64,000 bases of DNA from Laetmonice hystrix (Eukaryota), in contig OZ249436.1 of the NCBI GenBank assembly GCA_965235115.1, positions 32,862,001-32,926,000 of the forward strand, given 5' to 3'. Below are positions 24,901-36,900 of this stretch, piece after piece. A model generated the notes under the pieces. The model saw only the letters and a program-made list of their open reading frames with translations, was not told the origin of the DNA and made no database searches. Position 1 is the first letter of the stretch; every line of letters starts with the position of its first letter. The translations under genes were made by a program, and so were the position numbers.

Positions 24901-27900
24901 TTTGGGGGAAAGGTTGCGACTACGACAAGTCGTAGCATCAGCCATTTTAACATTGTGAAGATTATTCGCTTTCAAAATGACCTTCCAAATCCCCGCACTT
25001 GGCACATTTGGAGAGGGTTTCACAGCTGGTATGGTCACGGCCTGTTTTTCGGAGCATTTGGAACATTTCTGTAAATTTCTACACAAGACGTTCCCATGGC
25101 CATGTAGGGACCCACCTTGACTTTGAGAAAACTTAAAGTTCCTCAGGATGCCGCTTGACATCTCTGCTTAATGGAGCAGAGCCTTTGTGGGAGTGACCAC
25201 TTCTCCCTAATAATTCAATATGAAGGACCCAACATAGGGGGAAAACAACCAAAGTCCAAAGCACTTGGCAACTTAAAAAAGGCAACTGGCATGGCATGCA
25301 GACAGGACAATTTCTAAATCTTCCACAATTCCTAAACACATCCATGATTTAATTACGAATATATATGCAGACATTTAAAGACCAGAAAAAAAGCAAAACG
25401 CCTTTTCAACAGGCATCCAAATGCAGTGAACCTTCCTAATTTTGCAGTCATGAGAGGATGGGCACGCCGTTCCTAACTACGAGTCGGCCTTGTTTTCCAA
25501 GATGGCGGACGGCAGCCATCTTAAATTTCATAAAACGCGGTCCCTTTCTAAAAATTGACGTCAGAAATGAGTTTAGCGACCTCAATTTAGTCGAAAAACA
25601 TGTGTCATGTTAATTTCTAAGACAAACGGTTCCCAGTCTATGAGTCTGCCTTGTTTTCCAAGATGGTGGACGGCAGCCATCTTGGATTTTGGCCTTGACT
25701 TTTAAAAACTCTCCTAAGGATGCTGCTTGACATCTCTGCTTATAGCCCACGTGGAATTTTCGACAAAAAGTGCCATCATGCCTTATCTAGACCTAATTAT
25801 GCATGAGTGTGATGACAACCTCCCTAAATGTCTTAATTTTACATCATATTTGACCTTGTCCTTGACCTCGGATGAAAATTTTTAGTCTAAAAAAAGCTTA
25901 TCTATATCAAACTTGTATCTACAATATACCATTACGCATGAGTCTATGCCAAATAAGATGAAATAACAGAGAAAAAGCAGAATGTGTTAATTTTCCATAA
26001 GAATGACATTGAACTTGACCTTTGACCTTGACCTTGACCTCTGAATTGAGAAATATTGCCGGAAATGGATTCCTCGGTTTGAACTTGTATGGAAAAGTGT
26101 CTTCGTTTATGATTCTATGCCTCCTGGTTCAAAAGTTATTTTTCATTAAGCTAATTCAGGCTAATTATGCTAATTAGCTAATTAAAAATTTTCCCCAAAG
26201 TTGTTTCATTGCCAACAAAGTTTAAAATATTCCTAGGGCCCATGGGAACACATTTCAATCGTCAAACCTTGTACTTAACGGGATTTCCAGGTCCCTAATA
26301 GAAATGGTAAGGGCGGCTACTCGACTATTAGTTATAGTGTGTGTCCTTGCAGCCCTGTCAACTCAAAGTTGTTCCTCTCACTGTCACTATAGTGTCAGGA
26401 TTAAATGCCTACCCGTAACGTGCTGCTATCGTTGGCTTCGCCATTGCTTCGACAACAATAACTTTACCGTGGGAACGTTCCCATTGGCTAACCAGAAATG
26501 CACTCTAATTTTTATGAATCGCGCCACAGGCAGTGCTCCAATCTCATGGCGCGGCCGCAGACGGCAGCAAGGGGGAAACAGGTGGCGCTGCGAGGAACGC
26601 GTTTCTAAGAATAGACGGGGAGGCGGGAGGGGGATGAATCAACTGCAAGTGCAAGCGGTTCAACCCCGAGCGGGGGAGGATGGACTTTTCTGTGAACTCT
26701 GAAAGCTGACATAATTGCCCACGGGAAACAGCCCAAAGCAGTGCCGTATATTTAACTTTGTATTAAATTAATCAAATCTGTCTGAGCCATACGAGCCCAT
26801 CGAAAAGATTTGTTATGGAAAAGAGATTCTGCACCCGCCTGTATTCTTAAGGACCGGCATATACGATTTTAACAGGCACCTCTTGACAGGAGCAGGCAGG
26901 ACTTTCCTGTGGTCGATTGGCCTTCACAGTGAGGACGTAGATATTTGTGCCCTCTATGGCATGGAAGTCAAAATATTGATTGAAGTCGTCACGCGTGATC
27001 TGAAACACGTTATTACATGAGCAAGTTCGCAAAGACAACATGCATCTTTTTATGATCTTTTACACAAGAGTTGAAGTTTAGAATATATACCTCGGATTAG
27101 ATTAACTGTATCTTATACAAACAGGAAAACTACCCCCAGAGCACGGTTTCGTCAGGCCTTTTGGTCTGATGTTTGTTTCTATTGACCGCTAGATGGCAAA
27201 ACAAAACAAAACCTTTTGTTACGCCAAACTGTAGTTATAGCGTCCATATAAGAGGTAGGTCTACGTGACTTTTTTGAAGGTTAGGCATACTTTATAGTCT
27301 TACCTGCCAACATTTTTGGATTTCCTCCTTGGCTGGGTCGGAACAAGACGCCCGGACCAGCACGCCAGTGTTTATCAGCTCGGATGCAATCCATTGCTCC
27401 TGCAAATAGGCACGTTGGAACCTTGGTTCGACGGATTTTATGCAGGAGAACTCCCCTACTCCCTAGAGTCCCATTATTAGAGACTCATCATCCTTGGTTT
27501 TCCTGCATCCCGCTAGAGGGCGACAGGTTCATTATCCTAATTCCCCCAGAATTCCGTTCTTTAATCAGGTCACTCTCCCATCCCAGATTATCCCCAAAAT
27601 ATACCCAGCTGTCAACAATCTCCATTAATCTGAAATATTCGGGGGTCATCGGCTGTACTCAGGGCTACCAAAGACATCTGCGACTTACGCGGTTTTGGAT
27701 ACTGGACGCTTCGGAGGCGATCGGCCTGACTAAGCTAGGTGTTTTTGTTACATAATATGTTTGGGTTGTTTATGCCTACTCGCCCGGCTTCCCCGATGTC
27801 CGCCATGTGGGTCTCGGCGACAGTCACATTCGTCGCCTGTCTCATTTTATGCTGAACGTTCCCGATCAGTACCATTCAAGGGTCAATCCAGTCTGGGCTG

Positions 27901-30900
27901 ATGATGTGTCGGTCTCTCTTCACGGTGTCGACTTGGTGTCGGAACTTCGTCCGTAGCCGTAGGTGTATCGGCGACAACGACCTCTTCTCCCCGGGACTGC
28001 GGGAGCTTCCCCCTAGGCCTGCTCACCGCCAGTACTCTGCATGACTCCGCCCGCCATTGCATCGATCACCTCGGTGTCGGGAGGGTGTATTTCACTGTTC
28101 CCACCCAGACAGGGTTCAATCTTGTAATCATTACCTTAAGGAAATACTTTCTACAGAATCCGACATCGTTTTCTGGAAGTTATTGGCCCTGTATTGTCAC
28201 GATCCTACCTACGGTTCACTCTCCTGATGGTGTACACTTTAATGACTGGGGTAACTACAAGTTATAGGTCGCTTAGAGGGCCTGTACTCCAGTCGGCTTA
28301 GATGGTCATAGCTAGATATCCCTACCGTATATTCTATCCCGACATTGTGACGTCACGGGGCTCTAGATTCGCTTCGGGTGTTGCCTATTTCCTCAATAAT
28401 TATACTTTCTGCTATCTCAGCGTGAGAGGGCTTCATGCGCCTCTTCCACATTCCCTTTTGTTCATCATATTTTCATAGGTTTATGTAATTGTCTGTATAA
28501 GTGTATTACATTTGATACGTGTTTCCACTCTCTGGTTTCATTGTTTACCATTACGTCACGGCTGTACCAACGATATTTTGTACCAACGTTACTTGTAGGT
28601 ACAACGACACCTTCCTGTGCCAAGGCCATTTCCGGGTCAGTACGCCCTACTTTGGCCTACCTGACCCGGCTGTACCAACGATATTTTGTACCAACGATAT
28701 TTTGTACCAACGTTACTTGTACCAACGATACCTTCCTGTACCAACGCCATTTCCGGGTCAGTACGCCCTACTTTGGCCTACCTGACCCGGCTGTACCAAC
28801 GATATTTTGTACCAACGATATTTGTACCAACGATACTGTACCAACGATACCTTCCTGTACCAACGCCATTTTCGGGTCAGTACGCCCTACTTTGGCCTAC
28901 CTGACCCGGCTGTACCAACGATATTTTGTACCAACGATATTTTGTACCAACGATATTTTGTACCAACGTTACTTGTACCAACGATACCTTCCTGTACCAA
29001 CGCCATTTCCGGGTCAGTACGCCCTACTTTGGCCTACCTGACCCGGCTGTACCAACGATATTTTGTACCAACGATACTTGTACCAACTACACCTTCCTGT
29101 ACCAACGCCATATCCTTTTGGATATCCTTTTGGGTCAGTACGCCCTACTTTGGCCTACCTGACCCGGCTGTACCAACGATATTTTGTACTAACGATATTT
29201 TGTACCAACGTTACTTGTATCAACGATACCTTCCTGTACCAACGCCATTTCCAGGTCAGTACGCCCTACTTTGGCCTACCTTGCCTCCCTTACATTTCCA
29301 TGTTCCCACTTGCCAATCTTGATTTTCTTCCAACAGTCAGTCAGTCACAACATGACGCCTCAACGGTCACGTGGTGGTGGAGCGAGAGAAGCTGGACGTA
29401 CAGGGCGCACGCGTCGTAATCTAGTTCGTCTAATGGGACAGATTCGGCACAACCCCTACTTTCGCCAACCCCCCAGCCTGCCACACCGCCGATGACCGTG
29501 CCACCCGCCCAGTCAACGACTCAGGCAGCCTTCGACTCTCGGTCAGCCTTCTTGTAGTTCCACTGGGTCCTTACCGACGGCAGACCTGGGCCAACTGCAG
29601 CAAATGCTCACTCAAGGCATCGCTCAGGGGTACAGGCCCTCCGCAGCCAAGACGCCGGTCCTCCCACAGTCACTGCACCATCCACAGACGCACCTCAGAC
29701 TATGCCGCAGGTTCCGGGCTACCAGGCTGCAGTAGTCTTTCCAGCTCTGCCAGGGTTTACAGGAGGAGGGGTTCGACTGGAAGACGTATATGACTGTTTT
29801 AGACGTCTCCATGCCAATGGACGGGAATCGTTCGGCAGTATCAACATCGATCTATATGCCACTGCAACCCGTTCGCTACCATCTCCCCGTGCAGGCCCCA
29901 TTTCCTCCCATACTCCTGATAGGAGGGCTAAACAGCAGTCCGCTCACCCATTTGACTTCTGTTGGGACTTCCATTCCGGGAGACACTGTGAGGGATGCTC
30001 CTTCAGCCACGCCTGGTATGTGTGCGGATCTCCCCACTGGGCTTCCAAGTTTGGGAAGCGCAATCTTTTTCGTCGGCCAGAGGGTAAACGTTCCGCTACC
30101 ACTACCACCTCACAGCGAAACAGAACAGTTCCCACAAGTGCCTGATCCTGGTTCTCCAACGAACAGCTCCCCAGTTAAAGTAGACGTTCTTCGTCAGTAT
30201 CTACAGGGCTACGATTCCTTGGTTCCCGTCTTGGAACAGAAGGTCTTACAGGAAATTCAGGCCGGCCGAATCAAGGGTCCATTCCAATCTCCGCCTCTCA
30301 GGAATTTCTGTGTTTCACCTATTAAAGTGATACCAAAAAAGGCTCCAGGATGCTTCAGATTTATTCATAACCTCAGCTACCCATGCGAAGAGGCACGTCT
30401 ATCAACTCTTCCATCCCCAGGGACAGAGTTGCTGTGAAGTATTGTACTTTGGACCATGCCACAGGCCACATTAACCAGTTAGGCAATCATGCATGGCTGG
30501 CCAAAACCGACATTAAATCTGCCTTTAGGATCATCCCTATAACTCCAGCTGACCATCATCTGCTCGGCTTCATCTGGCAATTCTATTATGACACCACTCT
30601 CCCGATGGGCTGTTTTATGTCGTGCCCCATCTTTGAGGCCTTCTCGACAGCCATCCAATGGGTGGCCCAACACAAACTTCATATTACACATATCGTCCAT
30701 GTCTTGGATGACTTCCTGATCATTGCAGACTCAGAACAGGAGGCAAAGGATCACTTGGATCGCTTCATTGCTTTTCGCGATGAATGTGTTATACCCATTG
30801 TTGCAGAAAAAACGGAGGGCCCTGCTCCGACCCTTACCTTTTGGGCATAGACCTCGATGTTAGACGAGGCCTTGCCATGCTGCCAGAAGACAAAGTATCG

Positions 30901-33900
30901 CTCATGGTCAGCCTCCGTAGACCGTGGAGACATAACTCTTCTTGAGCTATACCCGATTGTCCTTGCTGTCCTCCTTTGGGGCGAGAAGCTCAGGAACAGT
31001 AACATCAAGTTCCACACAGACAATATGGCATTAGTGTCTATCATAAATTCTACTTCCTCATCAAAACAGAACATCATGAAGCTGGTCCATTTTGGTGTCT
31101 GCCATGCTCAAATATAACTTTTCCATTCGTGCCGTCCATATCCCGGGAGTTCAAAATAACTTGGCCCCACTTCTCCAGATGTGCTAAGCTATGGGGATAT
31201 GACACTCTCGCAAGACCAGGCTTCCTTCATCCTCCGCAATTACAAACATTCTAAAGAGCCATACAATGTCGTCATCTCAGCCATGCCATCCTCTCCTTAT
31301 TGCCCAGTCCAGGCATCAAGGGCATATAGCCACTGGAGGGGAAATCACGACGGGTCGCTTTTCACCCTCGGTCCTTCAAGAACATTTTCTGCAGACCTAT
31401 CCCGGCGATACTTACGTTACACTTGTTTTCTGTGGTCTAGACACCACACGTTTTAAAGGTCAGTTTCGCCGGATCGTAGTTTCCGGATTGGGGCAGCCTC
31501 CGATGCTGCACAGTAGGTTATTCCGATGCCGGGATTCAATGGGCACTCGGACGCCTTCCGACGATATATCGGGTGGATAAAAAAAAACGCCCCGAACTTT
31601 AAACTCCAATATTTCAAAAAGTATTGATTGTAATTCAATGAAATTTTTCTTACTATCACTTCATGATGTTGTCTCTTAGTTGTTAATGTTACAACTCAAT
31701 AGCTTGGATAATATTTCCGTAGCGATAAAAACAAAAATCATTGTACAAAAGCGCAATGCCGGCCTAAAGCGAGTGGTAGTCGCACCAGAGTCCCTGGCCT
31801 CACACTAGAGTAGGTGGTCAATCGGTCCCCCGTTTTCACTTCATACTGCTCTCAGTCTCTTTTTACATGCGCCAATGCACTTCCTGATCTCTGATAGGGA
31901 ATTATCTTCCCATTATTGGGAAATAAGCAGCGTTTTGAACGTGTTGCTAAACGTGATAATGATACGATTTCCCTTAAACTTCTGGTTACAGTCATATCGT
32001 CCTAATGTTGCAGTTTCTCTGTAGGGTTTGGCAAATTAAACATCTGGGTTTCTCTAGAAGTACTAGGAATAGCACATAATTTATTATATCTAGTGGTTCA
32101 CAACATTTTACATATTGCAAAACATGCAAAAACTAAATATTGAAAACTTTGTTACCCAAGGTACAATGCGGTGCATCAAACAGGTGTCAAATTGGACACC
32201 TGGCAGCTGCATGATATTTGACCTAATTCCGGCATTGCGTTTTTAGACACTGATTTTTGTTTTTAGCGCCACGGGATTAATATAAAAGCTCTTGAGCTGA
32301 AACTTTAACATACAAGAGATAATATCATGAAGTTATATTGAGAGAAATTTTATTGAATTATAATGCAAAGTTATTGAAATATTAAAGTTTAAAGTTCGGG
32401 GCGTTTTTTTTATCCACCCGATATTATGGCTCCACCTGTCTTATAGACAGGTTAGTGGCCCAAGGTCGCCACATAAGAGAGCCTTCAGGCTTTTGCAGTT
32501 ACAATTTACAACCCAGTAACTTTTCATTCTTAACTTTTATATCAGGCTGAACCAAGACGCCAAGGTTGTGCAGCGTGGGCTCACGGCCAAAGAAAAGCCT
32601 ACCACTTCAATATCAACTTCGTTTTATCTAATTTTCAAACCCGAGACACTGCAGCGTGGGCTCAGAGTCAGAACGGGTCGGTGACACATCTCCTAATTTT
32701 ACTTACTTAGCTACCTTATGGGCAGTGCAGCGGGGGCTCACTGCCCTACTTCCTCTCATTATCTATACCTTCTCATCCTAAATTCAACCCAGACAGTGCA
32801 GCGTGGGCTCACTGTCCTACTTATCTCCAGTATTCCACTATATAACATCACTTATGTAAATTCAAGTTAATAAATGTGTCACCCACTTAACAACAATAAC
32901 TTGTCCGAGTTCTGCCTGCATAAATACAATATTTACTTCTCCACTATGTTCTTATAATGCCTCGCACTTGGTTTGTTCTTGACATGTCTTTAACTGTCTC
33001 ACGTTTAGTATTGTTTTACCTTAAAGCAAGTGAAAAGCTAACTCAAAATCTACCTTTTGCACAATGTGTACACCAACACTGTCTGTAGAATTCAGATAGT
33101 CAGGGTGGAAGACTAGAAATCCCGTGCTGTCCACAACCATACACCTGTTTCAACAATTAAATAGAATCATATTTTCATATAAAGGTACAGTATTGCCTAG
33201 AAAAGTCATAAATGCATTGAAGGAACTGATTAAAATCATCCCTCAAAGCTAGGCTTTATTGAGGTTTTTTTTTTACTTAGGATCTATTGAGCTCCTGAAA
33301 TACATCACCGATATTACATGAGACATTAGTTCGTTTTAACTTTGGAATGCATGTCCTTTCTTCCGTCTCCAGCTCCCGAGTTCACAAAGGTGAGTTTCTT
33401 GGTAACTGAAATTATGCCTGAAGTAACCTGCCGTAAAAAGGTAGTACCCGAAGAAAACCCCCGATATTGTTTTCAAAGTTGCTTTACCTATGAGGACGGT
33501 TTGGCTTGCATTCTTTAAATGATTCTGACAGTAGGTCCCGGAAGTAGCTTATTGTGACATCAAATGCCAATACGCCGAGGGTGGTCGAGAAAGTCCGAAA
33601 GGTGTTCATGTTCACGTCTCGACTTCCGTACCTATGATATCAACATCATAGGACTAGAATTACATTTCTGTTGGTCAGAACTAATAAATATCGATATCAT
33701 TGTGTGCAAGATTTTTTCTAATTATATTATATTTTCAGGGTTGCGAATTGACAATCATCGTTTGTGTGTCGGGCGTCAAATTCTCAACATAAAAAGTGCC
33801 CTAAAGCGTATCTACATCTATACGTATAAATGTATTAAATAGGTAGAATATTGATGTTTGGACAACCATGTATACTCATGCACTGATGCAGTGCCCCCCC

Positions 33901-36900
33901 CCCCCCCCACATTATGAAGCACTAAGGAAACAGGACAAACCTGACGATCGGCACAGTTTGGGATATGGTGATGACGTTCTCATTAATCTCAGTGCCATGA
34001 CGTGGAGACACAATCACTAGTTTACCTGAATGACGTAACGCCTCTTGATACCTAAAATCACAATTAGTCGTAAACGATTGGACAAAACATCCGTTGAAAC
34101 TATCTGACTCCTCATATTACGTGCTGATTTATGTAAATATATACAATACAGTCACTGTCCTTTAAAAACTCCATGCAGGCGAGTGAAAAAAGGCTCGCCC
34201 AGATTTTTTAAACGAGCTTTTTTCATCGTTTATTTGGGCTAGATATTTTTCAAAGGCGACATAAAATAAGTTTAGCAGATAAAGACTTATTTGGGGATAT
34301 AATGTTAGGCTATCTTTATGGGGGGGGGGGTCCAAATTTTGGAAGGGAATTCCAAAATTGTGTTTTATAATTAGGCGCGAGCCTTAGACAGTGACTGTAC
34401 AATATGCATAATTTGTATCTAGGCGTATATTTTAAATAGATACACTTATGCACCTTACGTCTACAGTATAAGTCAGTTTTATATCCCTATTTCGTACCAA
34501 AGTTTAGTAGTGTGGTCGTAGGAATCGGGAAGCCGTCGTCCAGGATATCTGATATACACTCCGTGGGTGAATCCAATGTAAACCGATATAGGTAGATATA
34601 TTAGATATATTTCCTTCGTTCTGTCCAGATTTTCCCTCCAAATACTCTCGAGGTACAGCCCCAGGTAAACAATTTTGCGCGCTATTTCCTAAGGGAAGAG
34701 GATATTGTATGAATTCTGGGGGCTCTACTACTCCACAGTTTTAGTGGATGTAAGGTGTTTCTACATAGCGGTAGACTTTTTCACATTTGGCGTACGTTTT
34801 CACATTTGTCGTAAATATTTGTTAAATATGACGGCGTTTTTACATTTACCGGAATTTTTACAAGGTCTCAATCGAAGGATGTACTTTACATAAATTAACA
34901 TCATGCATTGAACGTCAATCTCTTCTTAAAACTGTATCATCTAGTTTGAATGAATCTGTCGCTTCGACTAAAGGCAACTAACCTTGAGCCCGTGGTCCAT
35001 CTTTGTTTTACCCGTTAAAAACAGAGTGAGAAGTCGCACGCTGTCTGCTGTGTCCTTGTATCCGGGATATTGAGCAGGGCTCTCATAGGCGGCAGCCGTC
35101 AACTTAATCGTACACAGGGCTGGAACATTTGCATGACCGCAACTGATATTGATGAAACCCTCTACACTATACCTAAAACTCTGCAACTTCTCCCTAACTG
35201 CAGCCCAGTAAGAAAAGGGCGAAAAGAGAGCTGAGAACAAAAATGTTTAGTTACAAGTCTTCTATGATCATTATACCAACGTTATAGAATTTGCTTGTTA
35301 TTAAACAAAACTAAATTAATAATTAAACAAAATCTTGATCGCAATATTTGTATGGTACTTTTTTATGGCGAGTCTCGTGGTAGGAAAAAATGAACCTAAG
35401 TATTTTGAAAGGCTGAAAGGACTTTCTAAAATTCTTTACTTGGATATACTTCATCGCCGCGGTAGAGGCAGGTTTGGTGTTTGCGTCTGCCGGCAACGTC
35501 CAGGTCTAGTCGGTGGTACAGAAACTCCTGAGGAACTATCAAGTTTCTCAAAGACGTTATCATGAAACTGGTATCTTCTGTGACGACACATATCGACAGG
35601 TTTGTCCCGGGAATCTAAAACAACATACAAACAAACAAACAAACAAAATTACATTGTGGGTGGCCAAGTTGGCGAAAACTCCTACCAGCTTAGTCTGAGT
35701 TGATAAATGTATGACGTGCCTTTATAATAGAATAGAAAATACTAGGATTGTAGGAAATGGCAACATTGAAATTGAGCAAATAAAAGCTAAATGTGATTAT
35801 TCATTATTTTCTCCCTTTATTATAGGGTCCCTAGTACCAGGCATAGACTCCCCCCCCCACCTACCGGACTCCAGGTGTATGTCACTTGGACAGTTATAGG
35901 ACCTCGGCCGTCGCGGAAGTCATTTGTTTTGTTGAAAGTTTTCTGGCCTCGTCCTGCGCTGTAAAGGGGAATCCTGGTCGTTTACATTATGAGCGGTCCA
36001 TTGGGTACCATTGAGTATGTCTTTTATTATGTTTGTTAAGCAGTCAAAAGGTTTGACGAAAACAAGTGTCACCATACAATGTCATGTAAAACATAAAAAT
36101 ACATGAAGAGGCAACATTTTCCCTCTAAACGGCACCCTTTGGAAGAATAATATAACGTCGATGACTAGAAATAGGAGTTTTAGCAAAGAAATTACCATGA
36201 TAATTATGTAGCCTACTTTGATGATTCTACGAATTAAGTGCGACAATTCATCGTGCAAATGCTCCAGAAGGAACTATGAATCTGATACGTTACGTCCGTC
36301 TCATATAGCCTTAAAGGAGTATCAACCAATCAAAGGGATTTATATACGCTATTTCTACCATGACATTTTTGGGAACGACATCTAACTATGAACTTCACCT
36401 CATCATGCCCTGTAGAATGTTTGCCGCCTCTGGCGCCCTCTCTACATCACTGAAGAGAACTGTTTTGTGAATAGTGCTGCTTTTATCCGGCAGGGGGACG
36501 AGAGGATGTAGGAGTACCTTGCCGATGCCATCGATGAGCATTGTGTATGTGTGGGACAGCTCAGGCACTGGGAAAACCGCATCTTCTATCAGGTCCTGCA
36601 TTCTGACGACAGTACAGATGACCCCGGCCAGATATGGTAGATGAACAGGCAGGCACGCGTAGGTGACTGCCTCTGCAGATTTCAAATCTCCGTAAATAAG
36701 TAGGCCTAATCATATTTATCAAACCCATAGATCTGAGTTTCAAGAGTGAAAAGTAATATTAACTTTAGGAGCATCAACTCTGACCCGTGCTTACGTATAG
36801 ACAACTCGTACGCAAACTCTGATCTACGGAGCCCCTAAAGGGACATGTGGGAATTCTGAGATATTATTTCGTTTCATCAAAATATATTTTGATCGTTCCA

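Larger units (their letters stand above)
27437..32924 (+). mobile_element. Decayed tyrosine-recombinase retrotransposon (DIRS/Ngaro group) in intron 17 of the CACHD1-like gene
   Basis: Gag Cys/His finger (about 29950-30050); RT (AKTDIKSAFR, LPMGC, HVLDDFL; about 30230-30850); RNase H (ITLLELYPIV, FHTDN, VHIPG; about 30920-31170); YR (CPV, SFRIGAA, AFRRYI; about 31180-31570). Terminal IR tttatgcagg.agaactc / gagttct.cctgcataaa. Confidence 0.88.

Noticed and set aside
28519..29419. Long overlapping ORFs and a CRISPR-like periodic look
   Set aside because: Produced by a tandem repeat. There are no unique spacers or cas genes, and the context is eukaryotic.
32565..32820. Short repeats with spacers resembling a CRISPR array
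   Set aside because: Repeats are about 15 bp and degenerate, the spacers are related to each other, and they lie within a retroelement 3' region.
32895..32917. Possible CACHD1-like exon split by the retroelement (tttatgcag acceptor-like site)
   Set aside because: This is the element's terminal IR; the real next exon is intact at 27399-27304.
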